NCBI GenBank assembly: GCA_964456285.1
Contig: CAYWBC010000006.1
Span: 4,035 to 68,034 of the forward strand
Reading direction: 5' to 3'
Length of the DNA stretch: 64,000 bases
Source of the DNA: an uncultured Bacteroidales bacterium
GTDB taxonomy: Bacteria > Bacteroidota > Bacteroidia > Bacteroidales > UBA10428
Below are positions 59,507-64,000 of this stretch, piece after piece. Each line of letters begins with the position of its first letter. The first letter of the stretch is position 1. Under the pieces are notes generated by a model that saw nothing but the letters and a program-made list of their open reading frames with translations, did no database searches and was not told the origin of the DNA. The translations under genes were made by a program, and so were the position numbers.

Positions 59507-60373
59507 ATGTTGAAGAGTGAACTTTTAAGGACGGAAGAAGGGTTCGAAAATTCTGAGAATTATTGGAAATCTTTTGATGGACTAAATTTATTTTCACGAA
59601 CCTGGCATCCTTCAGGAAAGCCAAGAGCTGTTATACATCTTATACACGGACTCGGAGAACATTCTGGAAGATACAATGCATGGGCAGAAAAGCTTTCAGA
59701 ACAAGGTTTTTTAGTGAGATCTTTTGATTTACGGGGGCATGGCAAATCGGAAGGGAAAAGGGGATATTCTTCAGCATATGCGAAATTAATTAAAGACTTA
59801 GATACTTTTATTGAGATAGGGAAAGACATATATTCTTCACTCCCATCCTTTATTTACGGACACAGTCTTGGTGGAAACCTGGTTATTAATTATACCATTC
59901 AGAATTATTGCAAAATAAAAGGTCTGATTGTTACATCTCCATGGCTGGAACTAACAAATCCTCCTTCAAAGATTACTTTATTTGGAGTGAGTGTTTTAAG
60001 CAAAATATTTCCTGGATTGCTTAGCTCGAACCGATTAAATCCTGAAGATTTGTCGCGGGATCTGCGTATAGTACATGCCTATAAGAATGATGAACTTGTT
60101 CATAATAGAATAGGAATAAAATTATTCACACAAATATGCGAAGCAGGTGCCAAAGCGTCTTTGAGTATTTATAAAATTAATGTTCCACTTCTTCTTATGC
60201 ATGGCAGTAATGATAAAATAACCTCTTGCAAATCGTCAAGAAACTTTGTTCGAAATTCCAGTGATAGAACTACCTTTATTGAATGGACTGATGGCTATCA
60301 TGAATTGCATAATGATCTTGAAAGAGATAAAGTATTTAATTCGCTGATGTCCTGGCTAAACAAAAACATTTAG
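59507..60373 (+). CDS. Alpha/beta hydrolase (lysophospholipase/monoacylglycerol lipase family)
   Basis: HGLGEHSGRY, FDLRGHG.S, GHSLGG nucleophile elbow, HGSND, HELHN. Confidence 0.9.
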   Translation: MLKSELLRTEEGFENSENYWKSFDGLNLFSRTWHPSGKPRAVIHLIHGLGEHSGRYNAWAEKLSEQGFLVRSFDLRGHGKSEGKRGYSSAYAKLIKDLDTFIEIGKDIYSSLPSFIYGHSLGGNLVINYTIQNYCKIKGLIVTSPWLELTNPPSKITLFGVSVLSKIFPGLLSSNRLNPEDLSRDLRIVHAYKNDELVHNRIGIKLFTQICEAGAKASLSIYKINVPLLLMHGSNDKITSCKSSRNFVRNSSDRTTFIEWTDGYHELHNDLERDKVFNSLMSWLNKNI

Positions 60374-60391
60374 TTTTATTCCTCATTAGTT

Positions 60392-61372
60392 ATGAATGGG
60401 TTTTTTACAAAAGTTAAAATACCCGAACCCGGGTTTGAGGTAGATTACAATTCCAATCTGTTCTTTATGGGTTCTTGTTTTTCTGATTACATTGGAAAGA
60501 GAATGCAAAGCTTTAAATTTAATGTATGTCATAATCCCTTCGGCGTGATTTATAACCCGGTTTCAATTGGCAATGGTATTCTGCAATTATTGCAAAAAGA
60601 AAGATTTGTCGAAGCAGACCTGAATTTTTATAATGAATTGTGGTTCAGTTATTCTCATAGCACGAAGTTTTCAGATACAGATAAGCTGAGATGTCTGAAT
60701 AAAATAAATGTTGGGTTTGAGGATGCAAAAGATGCTATTTTGGAGGCAGATGTTTTGCTTCTTACTCTTGGTACATCATGGGTATTTGAGCTTAAGGAGA
60801 CGAAGAAAGTTGTTGCTAATTGCCATAAAATACCATCTGAGAAATTTAAAAGGTACTTTTCTTCTGTTGACAATACTTATGATATTTTATACAAGGCAAT
60901 ATCAGAATTAAGAAAATTGAATCCTTCTGTAAAAATTGTATTCACTGTTAGTCCGATAAGACACTGGAAAGATGGTGCAATTGAGAATCAAAGAAGTAAG
61001 GCAGCCCTTATTCTTGCCATTGCGAAATTGCAGGAAGATATAAAGGAGGTTTTTTACTTCCCCGCCTATGAAATCTTTATGGATGAACTTCGTGATTATC
61101 GTTTCTATTCTCAGGATATGTTTCATCCATCAGATAGCGGCATTGAATACACCTGGAATTGTTTTATTGATACTTTTTTTAGTAATGATGCGAAAGGCAC
61201 ATTAACTCAGGTGCAATCTATTCTGAAGAAATTGGATCACAGGCCCTTTCATAAAAATACTGATACCTACCAAAAGTTTATCTCTTCCTTAAGTAAAGAA
61301 ATTTCAGATTTTCAAATCAAAAACGCGGCTATTAATTTCAAAGATGAATTGAATTCGCTGAATAATGTTTAA
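60392..61372 (+). CDS. GSCFA-domain protein (SGNH-like)
   Basis: MGSCFS, NPFGVIYNP, TLGTSW, NCHK, FTVSPIRH, YFPAYEI.MDELRDYRFY..DM.HP. Confidence 0.88.
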   Translation: MNGFFTKVKIPEPGFEVDYNSNLFFMGSCFSDYIGKRMQSFKFNVCHNPFGVIYNPVSIGNGILQLLQKERFVEADLNFYNELWFSYSHSTKFSDTDKLRCLNKINVGFEDAKDAILEADVLLLTLGTSWVFELKETKKVVANCHKIPSEKFKRYFSSVDNTYDILYKAISELRKLNPSVKIVFTVSPIRHWKDGAIENQRSKAALILAIAKLQEDIKEVFYFPAYEIFMDELRDYRFYSQDMFHPSDSGIEYTWNCFIDTFFSNDAKGTLTQVQSILKKLDHRPFHKNTDTYQKFISSLSKEISDFQIKNAAINFKDELNSLNNV

Positions 61373-61441
61373 TAAATATACATAATTATTAAACAAAATA
61401 ACTCTTCCACTTGTTATGGTTTAAAATCATAAAATAGTAGA

Positions 61442-63865
61442 ATGGTCTATGCAAGATTTATAGCAATTTTCTTTATCCTGGCAATGTTTGATATTCAGAT
61501 TTCAGCTCAGCCACCTGCTGAAGGTGAAATTGAAGGAAGAATTTATAATGCTTCAAATAACGAGCCTATTCCATTTGCAAATCTGATTATTTGGGGAACA
61601 AATATTGGCTCAGTTAGCGATCTGGATGGGAATTTTGTATTTACTGGGATTAAACCTGGATATGTTAGGATTCAAGCAAGTTCTGTGAGCTATGAGCAAT
61701 ATTTGTCAGAAGAATTTCTTGTTACTAATGCCAACAAAGCATTTATTGATATTCCTATGAAGGAAACTTCGATTGCTATTGACGAAATAGTAATAAAAGC
61801 TTCTCCATTCAGAAAAAATGAAGAAAGTCCTGTTTCCTTGAGGCGAATTGGGATTGAGCAAATTGAAAAAAATCCCGGAGGGAATCGTGATATATCAAAG
61901 GTAATTCAGGTATTGCCGGGTGTTGCTTCCACTCCTGCTTTTAGGAATGATTTAATAGTGAGGGGAGGAGGGCCAAGTGAAAATCGTTTTTATCTTGATG
62001 GAGTAGAAATCCCAAATCTGAATCATTTTGCCACACAGGGAGCATCAGGTGGCCCGATAGGAATCATAAATGTTGATTTTATTCGTGAAGTAAATTTCTA
62101 TTCAGGAGCATTTCCGGCAAATACTGGCAATGCCATGAGTTCAGTGCTGGATATGCGGCAGGTTGATGGGAACAAAGATAAACTGAAATTTCGTGGCTCA
62201 GTTGGAGCAAGTGATCTTGCCTTAACACTTGATGGACCAATATCTGACAATACTTCGTTTATTCTTTCAGCAAGGAGATCATATCTTCAGTTCTTGTTTG
62301 CTGCTCTCGAATTGCCTTTTTTACCTACATACAACGATTTTCAATTCAAAGTGAAAACCAGGATAAATAAGAAGAATGAGATTACATTTATCGGACTGGG
62401 AGCTATCGATAATTTCCAATTGAATCCGGATTCTGCTAAAACCTTGGATCAAAGATATATTCTCAGTTATTTACCGGTTAGTGAACAATGGAATTATACA
62501 ATTGGGGCTGTATACAAACATTATCGTGAGAATGGTTATGATACCTGGGTGCTTAGTAGAAACTACCTGAACAATGTATCTTATAAATACCTGGAGAATA
62601 ATGAAGATTTAGGGAAAACTTTCGATTATTCTTCTGCTGAAATTGAAAACAAATTCAGGTATGAGCGAACAAGCGAATTATGGGATGGATATAAATTTAA
62701 TATGGGAATGGGATTTGAATACGCCAAGTATTTTAATGATACCTACAACCAGGTATACCAGGGTGATTCTCTAATAGAATTTAGGTACAATTCATTTCTT
62801 GATATGTTCCATTACAATGCCTTTGCACAGGTAAGTAAAAGCTATTTCAGTGATAGGTGGACTCCTTCCTTCGGCATTCGTTTTGATGGAAGTAGCTATT
62901 CTGATGAGATGCGAAATCCTTTAAAGAACTTTTCTCCTCGCTTATCTTCTTCACTCTTAATTGCTCCAAAAATCTCATGGAACTTTAGTGTAGGAAGATT
63001 TTATCAAAGGCCTCCATATACTGCAATGGGGTATAAAAACAACATGGGTGAGTTTGTAAACAGAAACAATAGGATAAAATTCATTACCTCCGATCACCTG
63101 GTTTCCGGATTTGAATTCCGCCCTACTGAAGTTTCACAAATTAGCATTGAGGGTTTCTACAAATGGTATTCCGATTATCCTTTTTCAGTGAATGATTCAG
63201 TGCCTTTGGCAACTAAGGGAGCAGGCTATGGTGTCTTTGGAGATGAAGAATTGATTCCGATTGCTGATGGCCGTGCCTACGGTTTTGAAGTATTAGGGCG
63301 CTGGCAGAATATACTTGGGTTCAATACTATTGTCTCATATACTTATGTGAGAAGTGAATTTAAGGATTACAGGAGCAACTTCAGAGGTGCTTACCTTCCA
63401 ACTTCATGGGATAATAGAAATCTCTTAAATATAACAGCCACACGAACTTTTAAAAGCAATTGGTATTTTGGTTTTAAATGGAGGTTTGTTGGTGGTGCTC
63501 CTTACACTCCTTACGATGAAGATAAATCATCCATTAAAGAGGCATGGGATGCCCAGGGTGGACCATATCTTGACTATTCCCGGTATAATGAACTTCGCTT
63601 GAAGGCTTTTCACCAGTTGGATATCAGGGTGGATAAACAATTCTATTTTAAAAAATGGTCATTAAATTTTTATATTGATATTCAGAATATATATAATTTC
63701 AAGGCTGAAGAACCTGATAGACTTGTAAGAATGTCATTTATTGATCCCAATTACGATGATGTTTATTTTGATGAGAATGGTGTTGAAAGGTATGAGCTGA
63801 AAAAAATAACACCTGATGGTTCTGGAACAATACTCCCGACTTTAGGTATAATTGTTGAATTTTAG
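61442..63865 (+). CDS. TonB-dependent outer-membrane receptor
   Basis: Signal peptide, carboxypeptidase-regulatory-like domain, plug (LPGV..RGG.PSENRFYLDGVEIP), C-terminal aromatic GIIVEF. Confidence 0.92.
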   Translation: MVYARFIAIFFILAMFDIQISAQPPAEGEIEGRIYNASNNEPIPFANLIIWGTNIGSVSDLDGNFVFTGIKPGYVRIQASSVSYEQYLSEEFLVTNANKAFIDIPMKETSIAIDEIVIKASPFRKNEESPVSLRRIGIEQIEKNPGGNRDISKVIQVLPGVASTPAFRNDLIVRGGGPSENRFYLDGVEIPNLNHFATQGASGGPIGIINVDFIREVNFYSGAFPANTGNAMSSVLDMRQVDGNKDKLKFRGSVGASDLALTLDGPISDNTSFILSARRSYLQFLFAALELPFLPTYNDFQFKVKTRINKKNEITFIGLGAIDNFQLNPDSAKTLDQRYILSYLPVSEQWNYTIGAVYKHYRENGYDTWVLSRNYLNNVSYKYLENNEDLGKTFDYSSAEIENKFRYERTSELWDGYKFNMGMGFEYAKYFNDTYNQVYQGDSLIEFRYNSFLDMFHYNAFAQVSKSYFSDRWTPSFGIRFDGSSYSDEMRNPLKNFSPRLSSSLLIAPKISWNFSVGRFYQRPPYTAMGYKNNMGEFVNRNNRIKFITSDHLVSGFEFRPTEVSQISIEGFYKWYSDYPFSVNDSVPLATKGAGYGVFGDEELIPIADGRAYGFEVLGRWQNILGFNTIVSYTYVRSEFKDYRSNFRGAYLPTSWDNRNLLNITATRTFKSNWYFGFKWRFVGGAPYTPYDEDKSSIKEAWDAQGGPYLDYSRYNELRLKAFHQLDIRVDKQFYFKKWSLNFYIDIQNIYNFKAEEPDRLVRMSFIDPNYDDVYFDENGVERYELKKITPDGSGTILPTLGIIVEF

Positions 63866-63875
63866 TCATTGAATC

Positions 63876-64000
63876 ATGAAGATAAAAGTATTCCTGTACT
63901 TCTCGATAATTAGTAGTTTAATTGCAATCTTTATATTTTTTGAAAGTTGCAGAATTTCCCGAATTTCTGTCGATTATCAAATTGACACACTTCAAACCAA
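63876..64000 (+). CDS. Probable lipoprotein, truncated by the window edge
   Basis: Read by hand: MKIKVFLYFSIISSLIAIFIFFESCRIS..., open to the window end; hydrophobic signal plus Cys. Confidence 0.45.
   Translation, partial: MKIKVFLYFSIISSLIAIFIFFESCRISRISVDYQIDTLQT

Noticed and set aside
1053-61126. The many 60-180 aa ORFs in the track that overlap or lie antisense to long conserved genes (for example 1053..1235, 2482..2790, 51998..52537, 56871..57353)
   Set aside because: They are shadows of well-supported genes, with no recognisable motifs or independent start context.
1-64000. rRNA, tRNA, prophage, integrase or transposase genes
   Set aside because: None recognised. Intergenic gaps are short and AT-rich, and nearly all long ORFs map to housekeeping or envelope families.

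Overview
AT-rich, gene-dense chromosomal segment of a Bacteroidota bacterium, probably Bacteroidales. This is inferred from porW/sprE, porX, gldH, a T9SS sorting domain, DUF4270 and TAnnTTTG-type promoter elements. About 60 mostly housekeeping CDS: PBP1A, radA, panCD, glmS, a small nucleotide-sugar operon, metG, cysE-cysK, proC, an ECF sigma/anti-sigma unit, pgk, holB-ricT-gldH-trmB, mrp-nfu, porW, porX-tsaE, sufBCDSE-sufT, thiL, lpxD-lpxC-lpxA, rimP-nusA-infB, queG and a TonB-dependent receptor. I saw no rRNA, tRNA, CRISPR array, prophage or transposase. The strongest signal is missing from the ORF track: a 31-codon leader ORF (21576..21671, minus strand) ending Val-Cys-Met-Cys-Cys-Cys-stop, 76 nt upstream of cysE-cysK. 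Its Cys-codon patch is complementary to the 7 nt directly before the cysE start codon, so it is a candidate cysteine-sensing ribosomal attenuator. Other notable items: Fur-box-like palindromes at two separate Fe-S loci, a terminator-like hairpin in the rimP-nusA-infB leader, a T9SS protein that is almost only signal peptide plus sorting domain, LpxC without its usual FabZ fusion, a bipartite 19-unit heptamer array, and several probable pseudo-enzymes. All assignments come from motif recognition by eye; no searches were run.
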